A DNA stretch of 63,404 bases, the filler included, from Saprolegnia diclina VS20 (Eukaryota): the NCBI RefSeq assembly GCF_000281045.1. It is 12 parts of 7 records of this genome, joined end to end, with 100 filler letters (N's around TTAATTAATTAA, not from the genome) between each part and the next. Parts side by side here need not be neighbours in the genome. Positions count along the whole stretch, not along the records: positions 4,768 to 11,867 come from NW_008246202.1; positions 11,968 to 13,322 come from NW_008246202.1; positions 13,423 to 40,505 come from NW_008246202.1; 9 more parts are not named here. The stretch is one strand, 5' to 3'. The notes beneath the pieces are model-generated. The model was not told the DNA's origin. It was given only the letters and a program-made list of their open reading frames with translations, and did no database searches. Shown piece after piece: positions 10,289 to 21,979 of this stretch. A program made the translations under genes and the position numbers. Within the stretch, counting starts at the first letter, position 1. Each line of letters opens with the position of its first letter.

Positions 10289-11566
10289 ATGCCCAAGGAG
10301 AAGAAGGCGACGAAGGGCAAGCGCGCGTGCGCGCTTGAGAAGCAGCTCGCGTACGACGCCAAGCCCAAGTACAAGGTCAAGGCCGCCGGCTCGGACGAAG
10401 AGGGCTCCTCGGACGACGAGGGCGACGCCTACGTCCCGCAGAAGCTGACGAGCAAGACGCTGGCGTTGGCGCGCCAGCAGCAGGCCGAGGAAGCCGCGCT
10501 CTACCGCAAGCAGACGCCGGCGCGCCAGACGGCGCCTGCGCCGATGGCCGACGACAGCGACTCGGACGACGACAGTGACTCGGACGATGGCGGCTTCAAC
10601 GACATGGCCGACGACGACGACGACGAGCTCGTCCGCCTCAACAACGGCTACGTCGAGGACGTCGAGATCTGCGAAGAGGACGAGAAGGTGCTTGCCAACT
10701 TCCTCATCGGCGGCTCGGAGCGCCGCAACCTCGCCGACATCATCATGGGCAAGATCCACGAGAAGGAGGCGCGCGAGGCCGGCGAGATTGACGACGACGT
10801 CCGTGGCCAGCCGCAGCAGTTTGACCCGAAGATCGTCGAGGTGTACACGGGCGTGGGCAAGATCCTCCAGCGCTACACGAGCGGGAAGCTCCCGAAGGCG
10901 TTCAAGATCATTCCGTCGCTGAGCTACTGGGAAGACATCCTCTGGCTCACGACGCCCGACAAGTGGTCGCCGCACGCGATGCGCGCGGCCACGCGCCTCT
11001 TTGCGTCCAACTTGAACCCGAAGATGGCGCAGCGCTTCTTCAACGTCTTCCTCCTCGAGCACTGCCGCCAGGACATCCGCGACAACAAGCGCCTCAACTT
11101 CCACTTGTTCATGGCGCTCAAGAAGGCGCTGTACAAGCCGCAGGCGTTCTACAAGGGCATCATCCTCCCGCTCTGCGAAGGCCGCGACTGCACCAACCGC
11201 GAGGCCGTCATCATCGGCTCGGCGCTCTCCAAGGTGTCGGTGCCGGTCATTCACTCGGCGGCGGCGCTCATGAAGCTCGCGGAGCTGCCGTACTCGGGCG
11301 CCAACTCGGTCTTTATCAAGATTCTGCTCAACAAAAAGTACTCGCTCCCGACGCGCGTGATTGGCGCGCTCGCGACGCACTTTGTGAGCTTTTGCAGCGA
11401 CGACCGCGTCATGCCTGTGCTGTGGCACCAGGCGCTGCTCGTGTTTGTCGAGCGCTACAAGAACGACATCTCGAAAGAGCACCGCGAGGGCATGAAGCTC
11501 CTTCTCAAGACGCACGTGCACCACCAGATCACGCCCCTCGTGCGCCGCGAGCTCTTCAACGAATAG
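10289..11566 (+). CDS. BYSL: Bystin / Enp1 pre-40S ribosome biogenesis factor
   Basis: RYTSGKLPKAFKIIP, ATRLFASNL, LKKALYKPQAFYKGII, LLNKKYSLP, PVLWHQALL. Single exon. Confidence 0.96.
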   Translation: MPKEKKATKGKRACALEKQLAYDAKPKYKVKAAGSDEEGSSDDEGDAYVPQKLTSKTLALARQQQAEEAALYRKQTPARQTAPAPMADDSDSDDDSDSDDGGFNDMADDDDDELVRLNNGYVEDVEICEEDEKVLANFLIGGSERRNLADIIMGKIHEKEAREAGEIDDDVRGQPQQFDPKIVEVYTGVGKILQRYTSGKLPKAFKIIPSLSYWEDILWLTTPDKWSPHAMRAATRLFASNLNPKMAQRFFNVFLLEHCRQDIRDNKRLNFHLFMALKKALYKPQAFYKGIILPLCEGRDCTNREAVIIGSALSKVSVPVIHSAAALMKLAELPYSGANSVFIKILLNKKYSLPTRVIGALATHFVSFCSDDRVMPVLWHQALLVFVERYKNDISKEHREGMKLLLKTHVHHQITPLVRRELFNE

Positions 11567-11656
11567 ATATATCTACTACGCTTCTAATCATACCACGGCG
11601 ACTTGATAGTCGACCATGGTGTATTTACACATCCGGTCACTCTTCTCTGTTTCGAT

Positions 11657-11692
11657 CTAGGGTTAGGGTTAGGGTTAGGGCTGCGGCTAGGG
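11657..11692 (+). repeat. Short telomere-like array: CTAGGG(TTAGGG)3 plus degenerate units
   Basis: ctagggttagggttagggttagggctgcggctaggg. Confidence 0.75.
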
Positions 11693-12935
11693 ACGCTAAT
11701 GACTGAATGCGAGCCTTGGAATACAGCGCGTACTACTAACGAGTCTTCTCTCGTACACACTCTACCGGTCGAGGTGCAGCAATGAAGAGATAGGGAATGA
11801 TATGATGAATCAAGTGTTATATAGTTCTCTTTATATATGTTGTCTAGATGTGTCTACCACTGCTCGTNNNNNNNNNNNNNNNNNNNNNNNNNNNNNNNNN
11901 NNNNNNNNNNNTTAATTAATTAANNNNNNNNNNNNNNNNNNNNNNNNNNNNNNNNNNNNNNNNNNNNTACTAGTAGGTCGCGCTACGGACGCGAGATCGG
12001 AATGCGCCGAGTGATTGTGGCGGCCGCAGCGAACCCGACTCGGTTGCACGGACGCGACGAGGAGGACCTCAGTTGGCGGAGGACGAAGGCCACAATCAAG
12101 GTGTAGAGAGGTAGCTAGAGAGGTGTAGAGGTGGGCAGTGCGCTTGGCGCAGATATTGCAAAAGGCTGTCGCACGTTCGAGGCGACGAGCTTGCATTGGA
12201 GGTCCTGCGCATACAAAACTTAGAGTTTCTTATTGTAAAACGATATTACCTATGTAAAAAGGGCAGCACATCCTCTTTGGTCGTGGCGCGAGATAGGCAA
12301 CTCGTCGGCGTTACGAGCATTGAAAATGTTATAACACCTCTTGCGACGCGTGCAGAATTTCGTCCCCGTTCAACCACATCCACCGCGTTGGTCGCGTGGG
12401 CGCGACCTGGCGCAATGCTGCGAAGACAAGAGCTTACGAGGGTACATCAACCGTCGTCTCTGGTCGGCGCGGTGCGGCAGCACGATTACGACGCCGCTTG
12501 CAGCTGTATCGACCGTATGCATTATCTCCCTCTCTGCCCCGTCTTTGTCGGAACGCAACCTGCCCGCGCTTCCGATTGAACGTAATACCTCTGAAGCAAA
12601 CGCCTCGCGTCCATAGCAGCGTAGCTGTCGACAGAACACTACGAGCTACAACGATGAACGACCCCCAAGACTCGCAAGAAAGCTCCACCACCATCACGGC
12701 AGAGGCGTGTGTTATAACACTTTGCACTTGGGTGACAAGTAGCCAGCGCCATCTATACACTTGCAGGAGCGACCATGTGGCCGCGCTCTCACGCCCCGCC
12801 GATTGGTGGTCCAATGAGCGCGTGGGAGGGCGATCTTGTGACTCACAGCGCGCTTGGCGAGCCGGTCTTGTCACTCTCGTTCTTCTTGCCTCAGACGAAC
12901 GCCGCCAACCAGTACGGTACTTCAGACCGTTCGTA

Positions 12936-13323
12936 ATGGCCAGCACCGACTACGCCGAGCTCTCGACACCGTATTCGGAAAAAGGCGAGCTCATGGTCAC
13001 GGAAGAGAAAGGCGACGTCATCATGGTGTCGACGCCGGGCCAGCGCGCATCGACGCCCGGCCACGGCAAGTTCAGCCTGCTCCACGACAAGACACATCAG
13101 CAGATTGAGAGCGCGCCCCGCCCGTCGCTCTTCGCGCCGCCCGAACAGCGACGTGCCGCCAACTACGTCGAGGACCCGACGCCGCTCATCCTCAAGGCCT
13201 GCGAGGCGCCGGTCGGCCGGTCGCTCGCCGAGACGTTCAAGCTCAAGAAGGCCAAGGACTACACTGTACATCAGTTTGGCCTTATCCAAGAGCGCGTGGG
13301 CATGCACCCGCGCACGCTCAAGN
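12936..13323 (+). CDS. 5' part of a paralog of the 14409-16657 membrane protein, cut at contig end
   Basis: Unique N-terminus (MASTDYAELSTP...), then RAANYVEDPTP...GMHPRTLK, identical in protein to the segment encoded at 14590-14759. Confidence 0.75.
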
Positions 13324-13539
13324 NNNNNNNNNNNNNNNNNNNNNNNNNNNNNNNNNNNNNNNNNNNTTAATTAATTAANNNNNNNNNNNNNNNNNNNNNN
13401 NNNNNNNNNNNNNNNNNNNNNNGTCATCTGGTCGGCGGCCAACCCGTAGGTCGTCGTCGGTCATCCGCTGTGTACTCTAAACCCCATCGTGTTTCTGCTG
13501 TGTTTTGTCTTTCTATGCCGAAAGTAGATTAGGAGAGCG

Positions 13540-14298
13540 TTAGAGTGCCAGCGTATTGAGCTTGGCGTGTAAATACTGGTAGTCGTGCAAACTCACGACG
13601 TGGCGTGAGTCGGCGAGGCTGAGCCCCGTGAAGCGCGACAGCGTCGACTCAAGCGCAGCGTGCTGGAAGGCCGGCGCCACAAGCCGGATCGACGACATTT
13701 GCACGAGGAGGTCGTCCCAGCAGGCCTGCGGGCGCGAGATGTGGCATGCGTGGATGCTCTCGAGGAGCTGCGCCATCTCGCTGTCGAACGGCTGACGCGC
13801 GGGCTCGAAGGGGTTGCGCCACGTCGGCGTCGTCGTCGTCAGCGACGTTGATGCCATCGACGCTTCGAGCTGGTCTTCGCGCGTCGTGATACGCAGACGA
13901 CTCCAGTCACCGAGCAGGTCGTCCACGTCGATGCAGCGGCGCTTTCGCGGTGGCGGCGATGGCGGACTGCGGCGGTCGGCGGCCTCGTCAGCGTTGGGCT
14001 CGGGCTCGATGACAGCCGGCTTGTTCGCGGGCACGAGGCTCGTGTCCGGCGAGGCCTCCTTCGTCTCACTCGCAGCAGTCGTCTTGAGCGCCTTCTTCTT
14101 GGCGGCGGACCTCCTTCGCTGGCGGCGCAGTGTCTTGGCCGACGAAGCGGGTGGCAGGGACGTGATCGTCGTCGCCCGGGACCGCGTGTAGTAGTGGTAC
14201 GTCGGCGACGACGGCGTCGTGATGATGTTGATCTGGATGTGCACCTGCGTCTCGGGCGGCAGCAGGAGCTCCTTGGCGGCGCGCGACCGCGTCTGCAT
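13540..14298 (-). CDS. Hypothetical basic/low-complexity protein, possibly nuclear
   Basis: Open frame from MQTRSRAAK, with NLS-like PPRKRRC and RRQRRR. Divergent from the next gene across about 110 bp. Confidence 0.6.
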   Translation of the reverse strand: MQTRSRAAKELLLPPETQVHIQINIITTPSSPTYHYYTRSRATTITSLPPASSAKTLRRQRRRSAAKKKALKTTAASETKEASPDTSLVPANKPAVIEPEPNADEAADRRSPPSPPPRKRRCIDVDDLLGDWSRLRITTREDQLEASMASTSLTTTTPTWRNPFEPARQPFDSEMAQLLESIHACHISRPQACWDDLLVQMSSIRLVAPAFQHAALESTLSRFTGLSLADSRHVVSLHDYQYLHAKLNTLAL

Positions 14299-14408
14299 CT
14301 CAGCACCCTCTCTCGCACTGCTGCCCAACTGCTACGCTGGCGCAACCGGATACATCCGGATACTCGACCTCGGTGGCGAAGATCGCGAGATCCGCAACGG
14401 TTGCGCGC

Positions 14409-16657
14409 ATGGCCCAGCGTCGACCGTCCACGCTGCGCACCGCCGAGCCGCCCGCCGAGTTGCCGCATGCATTCGCCGCCATCTCGACGCCCGCCGACCA
14501 CCACGCGCGCGAAAACGAGTTCGAACAAGAGACGCGGGTGCTAGTATCGAACAAGAAGATCAAGCGATCGAAGCACCCGAGTGCGATGCGCGCGGCCAAC
14601 TACGTCGAGGACCCGACGCCGCTCATCCTCAAGGCCTGCGAGGCGCCGGTCGGCCGGTCGCTCGCCGAGACGTTCAAGCTCAAGAAGGCCAAGGACTACA
14701 CCGTGCACCAGTTTGGCCTTATCCAGGAGCGCGTGGGCATGCACCCGCGCACGCTCAAGTTTGATGCCGAGTACGAGGTCGGGTACCTCGCGTATGTACA
14801 AGAATCAAGCGTCGTCCGCGTGCGCCTCACGTTCATCGTCGGGTCGCTCTTCCTCGGCGCGCTCCTCGCGTACGAAGCGCACCTCGACTTGTTCCGTCGC
14901 CGCGCCGGCATTCCGCCGCCGCTGCCCGAAGGCGAGCTTCCGGACACGAACCGGCTCGTGCTCTACATTCTCTCGTTCGGCGTCTCGGTGCCGGCGTTCT
15001 TCATTGGCTTCCTCCTCACCTTCTTCGAGTCCATGCACAAGCGCATCGAGCGCATCACGTTCGCCGTCTTCTTCGTCGTCGCCATGACGCTCATCTTCAA
15101 GAAGCCCGTGCAGGCGCAGACCGGCCCGGTGCTGCCGCTCATGATCCTCATCATCCCGATCTTTGGCATCACGCGCATGCGCTTCCTGCACAGCTGCGTG
15201 CTCGGGTGGACCATCTTCTTCACGTACCTCCTCGTCCAGGGCGTCTCGCTGCACTGGATGGACCCGATCCCGTACGGCAACGGCAAGACGTGGAAGTACG
15301 ACAACATCTCGGACATCATCTACCAGACGATCAACTACGGCATTGCGATCATCGGCGGTATGGTGTCGCACTACCGCCAGGAGCTCATTCGCCGGCGCAA
15401 CTACGCCCTCAAGCTGCCGTTCACGGGCCTCGACGACGACGAGCCCCTAGACCTCTTTGGCAAGAGCTACTCGGAGGAGCACCTCATGGACACGTGCAAC
15501 TTGAGCTTCCGCAACCACGACGTCGAAGAGGCCTTCTGCCGCATGTGGTACCTCATCGACCCGCACCCATACGAGAACCCGAACCGCGGCGACATCCACG
15601 AGAACGTCTACATGACGATCCGCTTTGCAGTCCTCGGCGTCTTCCTCTCGCAAGTGGTCCTGGGCATCCAGGACATCAAGCTCCTCTTCATGAAGGACTT
15701 CAAGTTTGAGTACAGCATGGCGGTCATTGTTCGCTTTGCGATCGTCGTGCCGCTCTACCTGCTCAGCTTTTACTTCATGTACCTCCTCGGCCGCAAGTAC
15801 TTTGAGATGTACTTGCGCAAAGCCAGCAACGTCGTCGACGAGAGCGGGACCGAGAGCGATGTCGATGCCAACCACGTAACCATCGCGATCCTCGAGCAGA
15901 AGCGGGCGCTGCCGCCGAGCCAGTCGGTGAAGGAGCGGCTGACCAAGCAAACAGAGGCGCTCGTTGCGACCAAGGGCGGCTACGTGCGGTCGGCGCAAAT
16001 ATTTGCGACCGGCGTCCTTGTGCTGCAGATGGGCGCGACGATGGTGCTGCTTCTCCAGGTAATCGAGCCGTTCGTACGGGTCGGTCCAAGCATGGCTAGG
16101 TCGGCCGGAGCTTCATCGTGACGCACTCGGACAAGCAGCTCAGTGCGACCAAGCCCAACGTGTACTTCATGGGCTTCCTCAACGCGATTCTGTTCGCCCA
16201 CCGGTCGGGCTTCAAGGTGCGCTACGTGTACGCTGCGCGCGTCTCGTGGGCCATGGTCCTCCTCTTCGTCTTCTTTGCGTCGCACTACTTGACTTATGCG
16301 CCGTGGCCCTATCTCTGGGCCGAGTACTCGTGCTACCTCGTGGCGGTCCAGTTCCTCGGCATGATGATCTCGCACGAAGAAGAGTCGCTGCGCCGGTCCT
16401 TCTTTGTCCTCAAGTCGATGCGCATGCTCGAGTTTGAAAAGTGGTTTGCCGGTGTCCTCCGCATTCAAAAGGGCGTCCGCAAGTTCCTCGCTCGCCACCG
16501 GTCGTCGCAGCGCTCGCCACCACCGCCGCCGCCTGTCGAGCGGGTCGCCCACGCCCAGAGCTTCCTCGCGATGGCCTCCAAGATGGGCGTCCAGGCCCAA
16601 GCGATCCAGATCGCTGTCGTCCTCTTTGACGTCCTATATTCCGTCGCCACTGCCTAA
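14409..16657 (+). CDS. Polytopic membrane protein with two adenylyl-cyclase-like 6TM anchors and no evident cyclase domain; intron 16059-16099
   Basis: Two hydrophobic halves. They open with LKFDAEYEVGY / LSFRNHDVEEAF and close with SHYRQELIRRRNY / SHEEESLRRSFF. A 41-nt phase-0 intron joins the two ORFs. Confidence 0.7.
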
Positions 16658-16700
16658 GCCTTAATGCAAGATGGACCAAAACAGAGAACCGATTAGTCGT

Positions 16701-17627
16701 TTACTGGTGCTTGAACGTCGGCGCGCGCTTGTTGACAAAGGCGTCCATGCCCTCCTTCTGGTCGTGCGTCGCAAACGTGGCGTAGAAGAGGCGGCCTTCG
16801 TACTTGAGACCTTCCTGGAGCGACATCTCGTACGACGCGTTCACCGCCTCCTTGGCCATGCGCGTGATCGGGCGCGAGTGCGAGGCAATCTTGTTGGCGA
16901 TCGCGAGCGCCTCCTCCATGAGCTTCTCCGCCGGCACGACCTTGGCCACGAGCCCGTCGCGCTCGGCCTGCTGCGCGTCAATCATGTCGCCCGTCAGCAC
17001 CAAGTGCATGGCCTTGGACTTGCCAATGGCACGGATGAGGCGCTGGGTGCCGCCGACACCGGGGATCGTGCCGAGCTTGATCTCGGGCTGGCCAAACTTG
17101 GCCTTGTCGCCCGCGATGATAAAGTCGCACATCATCGCGAGTTCGCAGCCGCCGCCGAGCGCGAAGCCGTTGACGGCCGCGATGACCGGCTTGTGCACCT
17201 TGGTGATGTCGCCCCAGTTGGCAAACATCGTCGAGTTGTACACGTCAATGAACTCGCGCGTGGCCATCTCCTTGATGTCGGCGCCAGCTACACAGTGCCA
17301 ATGTCGTGGAATTCGAGGTAGCGGCGAAGCGTACCGGCAAAGGCCTTGTCGCTGCCCGTGAGGATGATGGCCGAGATGTTGTCGTCCTTGTCAAAGGCGT
17401 GGGCGGCCTTGTTGACCTCGCCCATCAAGCCGTCGCAGAGCGCGTTGAGCGCCTTGGGGCGGTGGAGCTGGATGATGCCCACCTTGCCGTTGACGTCGGT
17501 CTTGATGTACTCCCAGCTGCCTACAGCGGAGGTTAGTGAGGCGACCTGGCATGCGATGCGCACCGGAGCTGAAGGTGCGGGCGGCGAGCGGCGCGCGGCA
17601 GAGGCGGGTGGCAGTCAGGCGAAGCAT
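16701..17627 (-). CDS. ECHS1: Mitochondrial short-chain enoyl-CoA hydratase; introns 17521-17563 and 17288-17334
   Basis: Transit peptide [60 protein letters not shown]. Confidence 0.95.
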
Positions 17628-18133
17628 TTTGAACAATGAGCAATGGCGATCGTCAAGCGGGGATCGCCACAGTCGCCACGTGGGTCGAGCTCGTTTGATT
17701 GGCTCGTTATCCGGGTGCATGCGTCTATTATCCGGACATATCCGACACCGCTGTTGTGTATCCGGAATGAATCTTGAGGCACCATAACAATTGGCACAGC
17801 CAAGTACACGTTAGATATGTGTCATAACTCTGTTCTGGTACTGGTTCGGAGTGGCCGTCAACCCTGAACGGTCTATCTGGCGTTGCCTATAACGACATCT
17901 TCCTCCATAATTTACCTGCATTGTCTGCCAATGCGTTGATCTTCGTCACGTCTACGATAACGAGCGGCTCCGTGCTCGAGTCCCTCGATAAAAGGCCAGT
18001 TGCCCGATGACCGTTGAAGAGGTAATAACGTTATAAACATTATAACGTTCCTAACCGAGAGCGATAGAGAGGTGCACCGTGCATACCATCCGGATTGCGA
18101 ATCCAAACTTCAATCTGATCGTGGCGACCAGCG

Positions 18134-18715
18134 ATGGCCACCGAAGCGTCGTGGACGAGCGATGAGTGGCGGACCAAGCTACTGCACTGCTGCGGCTCGC
18201 GCCGGTGGGTAGAGCTCATGTTCGCCCAGCGTCCGTTCGCGTCTCTCGAGGATCTTTTGGCCAAGGCCAGGACGGTCGACGCCCAGCTTGGGCGCGCCGA
18301 CTGGCTCGAGGCCTTTGCGGCGCATCCCGAGGTGAGGAGGATCTGCAGCTCACGCATCAACATTCGCCTAACGTCGCGTCCAGATCGGCACGAAGACGCA
18401 GACGATCTCCACGTGGGAGGCGCAGGAGCAGAGCGGGGCAGCGCAAGCCGCGGCCGCCACGCTGGACGAGCTCAGCGCGTGCAACCAAGCGTACAAGGTG
18501 CGTGCTTGGTTCTGTACGTCCAACCGCAGCCACGGACGTAGGCCAAGTTTGGCTACATCTACATCGTCTGCGCGACGGGCAAGTCGGCGGCCGAGATGCT
18601 CGCGATCGTGCAGGATCGGCTGCGCCACTCGCCCGCGTCGGAGCTCGTTGTCGCCGCCCAGGAGCAGGCCAAGATCACGCAAATCCGACTCACCAAGCTT
18701 CTCGCCGAGACGTAA
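18134..18715 (+). CDS. uraD: OHCU decarboxylase (urate catabolism); introns 18332-18383 and 18498-18541
   Basis: CCGSRRW, LEAFAAHPEIG, EQSG, NQAYKAKFGYIYIVCATGKS, EQAKITQIRL. Confidence 0.92.
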
Positions 18716-18771
18716 TGCACTCGATCGCTGTGTGTTTATATCGCAATTCACAGCAGCGTAGCAACGCGCGG

Positions 18772-21363
18772 CTATAGCGCCGGACGGTACGCATGGCCTT
18801 GGAACGTGAGCTCGTCGGCCGTCTCGAGGTGCAACTGGTCGGCCCGTGCGTGGCACTCTTCCGTGATGAGCGGCAGTGCCGCTTGTGCCTACGTAATCAC
18901 AATGCAGTCCACGGCAACAGCCTCCAGCGGTACCCAGGTCTCGAACACGATGGGTGACCACTCGAGAGGCAGGGCAATGCGGAGGCGGTGCAGCGCATCC
19001 ATGTCGAGACGGTCCATGTGCTCTTGGAACTCGTTGCGGAGCCAGCCTTGGTGTACCGACCGCAGGAGCTAGTAGCGACATCGCTGGTAATAGCAGGTAG
19101 AGGACGACGAACCGTGAGGATCTGCTCGCGCAAGATCACGACCTCGGCGGCGTCTTCCCAGAGGCGGAGCGCGGTCGAGAAGACCTCGGGCTCGTCCTGC
19201 ATGGCATACTTTTCCATCATGGCGAGCTTGAGGTGGTACGGCACGTCCAACTGCGTCCACACCTACAAGAGGTTCAGATTCAGATTCAGATTCGAAACGA
19301 TCGACGTACGAGCTCGAGGCGGGCTTGGAGCGACGCGCGGCCGTCCGACGCATGCGTCATGGTCATCATGCGCTGCAACTTGGTGCGGGACGGCGACGCC
19401 GACACCGTCGACTCGCTGGCGTCCACAGGAGCAGGCGCTCCGAGGCGCGGCGTGGGCGGCAACTCCTCGGCCGTACTGTCGCTGGCCATGTTCTCGGGCA
19501 TGTGCCACTCCCATGTCATCGCGCCTTCGCGCCGCTTGGCCAGCCGCGCCTCGATGCGACGGCCCACAGTCGGCTTGGATGACGTCGCCTTGGCCACAGG
19601 GTGCCGCCGCGTGGCCGACGGGTTCCGCTCGAGCTAGCTCACAGGTTGGTCGGTGCTTCAAGCACGTGTGTACCTTGCGGTGCACGAGCTGGTTGAGCCG
19701 GACGTCAAGGATCGTGCTCGGTCGGGACGCCAGAAGCGCCGCCCGGTACTGTTGCAGTGGATTTCGTTCTGGCTCGGCCGGCGCCGTCCTACCCATTGTG
19801 CTTAGCGTCTTTGATGCAAGAGGATGTGTCCACTCGATGTTCGGAGTCGGTGGCGGTGGCAGTGCAGCGGCCGATGTCGCGTGGTCACGACGGAGACGCG
19901 CCTTGATGGCGTCTTGGCACTTGTGGTAGTTTTGGTCCTGGCGCCGGCGGCGCTCGGTGAGGCGCACGAGCCTACGCGAGACGCGCGAATGAAAGGCGGG
20001 GGCACAGGCCCACCTACTTGGTGTCGTCTTCGGACGCGACGCTGTTCACCGTGTGCGCCTCCAGATGCCTACGCCCGATTCTCAGTGCTTGGGAAAATGA
20101 GTTGCCTACAGGCGGCGCCAGGCGTCGACGAGCGGCGCGAGGTGCGCGACGACCTCCGAGTAGTCGATCGGCGGCGCGGTAAAGTCCCAGAGCACCTTCT
20201 CGCTCCGCCGGTGCAGCTCCATGGCGCAGCGTGCGCCGAGCGCCTGAAACACGCGCGGACGGTCCTAGTGTCGGCGTCATCCTCGACAATTGTTGCGGAC
20301 GATCGAAGAGTACGGTCCACTCGTCCGTGGCCGTCACGGGCTTGGCGGCCACGTCGTCGCCAACGCGCAGTTGGCGCCGCTTCGGACGCTTCGCCGCAGC
20401 CTCGGTCGCCCGCAGCGCGTTGATGATACCGACCACCGGCGCGTGCCGGCTCAGGAGCACTTGGCGCTCGTTGAGCTCGTCGGCGCCGGCGCGCGGCTTG
20501 AACGGCTCGGGCTTGACGACCGGCGGTGCCTTGGCGGCGGTCTCGGCCGCGTCGACCACTTGGTTGCTCCCGCTCTCTTGCGGCTGGACGGGCTCGACGT
20601 CGCGCGGCTTGCGAAGCAGTCGCTGGAGCTTCTTGGGGCCGGCCATCTCGGCCTTCTCGGCTTTCTTGAGAAAGACGTTGAGGACGTTGAGCGACGCGTG
20701 CCGGGGCTTGCCCTTGACAGCGAGTCTACAGTCACATTGTGCCACTGCGCTCGTAGTCGGAGCACGTACGGGTTGCGCTCCATCTCAAACTCGTCGAGGA
20801 CCGCCTCCTTGATGCGGTCGATGTTGCACTTGCGCTGAAGCTCGACCAGGCACATGGTTTGCACCCGGCGCGCGTTGACGTCGTGGTCAAAGACGCCCTA
20901 ACAAGCGCCTCGCAGCTATCTTCTTGCGTCGACATATCGTACCTGCGTGTCGAGCGCGGCTTGCTTGCGCCGGTACTTGGCCTCGACCGCCTCGGTGATC
21001 TCTTCGACTTTGGTTTGAATCCGGTTCATGACCAAATCGCGCTCCTCGACGCTGAGGCGGTCGAGCGACGTGTCGAGCGGGTCGTAGTACAGACTCGTTT
21101 TCGACTTGCACTTCCATTTCGCCTCGAACGCCATCATCTTGTTGCGCAGAACGACGTCCGGCAGGTGCTTGCGCGCGTTCGGGCTCGCAGCCGACGGCTT
21201 CGAGTCGAAGAAAAACGCTAGTACATTGTAGTCGACTGACGTAGTAGAATAAAAGCCGCGCACCGTCCTTGTTGAGGAGCCGCTTCTGCGCCTTCTCGAC
21301 GCGGTCCAAGAGCTTGGGTGGCACGCGCACCGGCTCGAGGAGCTGCGAGGCCCGCGCGTCCAT
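18772..21363 (-). CDS. Multi-exon coiled-coil protein with CCDC87/MAP65-like C-terminal region; could be two genes
   Basis: Chain of exons from MDARASQLLEP to ...FQGHAYRPAL*. VWTQLDVPYHLKLAMMEKYA...ALRLWEDAAEVVILREQIL resembles the CCDC87 C-terminus. Internal splice sites are not fully resolved. Confidence 0.55.
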
Positions 21364-21514
21364 GCCAGTTTCACTCGGTTTCGTTCAAGCGTCGAGGAAT
21401 CGACTAATTGACTACTAGTAGGTAGCAACACGGGAAGACACGAAAGAGATGACAACGCTATACGGGCGAGGCTCGACCTCTTTAAATAACACAAAGTAAA
21501 TAGAGTGGGCCTGC

Positions 21515-21979
21515 TCAGAGGCAGAACTCCTTCTCGAGCACCGAGATGATGTAGTCCATCGACTCGGGGTACGAGGGCACAAAGGTCATCATGCTCGACC
21601 CTCCTCCGATCGGCGCCGCAAAGTACGGGTGCGGGTACAAGGCGACGTCGTCCGAGACAAGCGTCTTGGCGCGCAACCCTCGGTTACGGCGCGCCAGCTT
21701 CTCTCTGTATTTCTGCGCGTGCGTCTGCGTCTGGCGGATCGTCCGGGTGTGGACGACCTCGGCGATAGCCTTCCAAGGGCCGTTCGGGTACATCTCGATC
21801 GCGCTCAGGAACCGCTCATGTTCCTCCTTAGTCCACGTCCCGCGCCCTTCCCCGGACTGGGTTCCGTTCGAGTCCGGGGAAGACGGAAGCGAGGCCGGCG
21901 AGCTCGTCGACGACGACGAAGAAGAAGAAGACGACGAACAAGATGTGGTGCTGCGGGGCGAAGAAGCGTCAACCAACAT
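21515..21979 (-). CDS. Single-repeat Myb (SHAQKY class) transcription factor, copy 1
   Basis: GTWTKEEHERFL...RTIRQTQTHAQKYREK. Start placed at ATG 21979 because GCTCATTTTTGGTTT (Inr-like) lies just upstream. Confidence 0.9.
   Translation of the reverse strand: MLVDASSPRSTTSCSSSSSSSSSSTSSPASLPSSPDSNGTQSGEGRGTWTKEEHERFLSAIEMYPNGPWKAIAEVVHTRTIRQTQTHAQKYREKLARRNRGLRAKTLVSDDVALYPHPYFAAPIGGGSSMMTFVPSYPESMDYIISVLEKEFCL

Noticed and set aside
9980..11524. Long antisense ORFs (514 aa here; also 34578-35972, 36494-37375, 1059-1742)
   Set aside because: They are shadows of GC3-rich real genes on the opposite strand and have no domain signal.
19272..19294. (TTCAGA)n hexamer run
   Set aside because: A short microsatellite in an apparent intron, with no sign of function.
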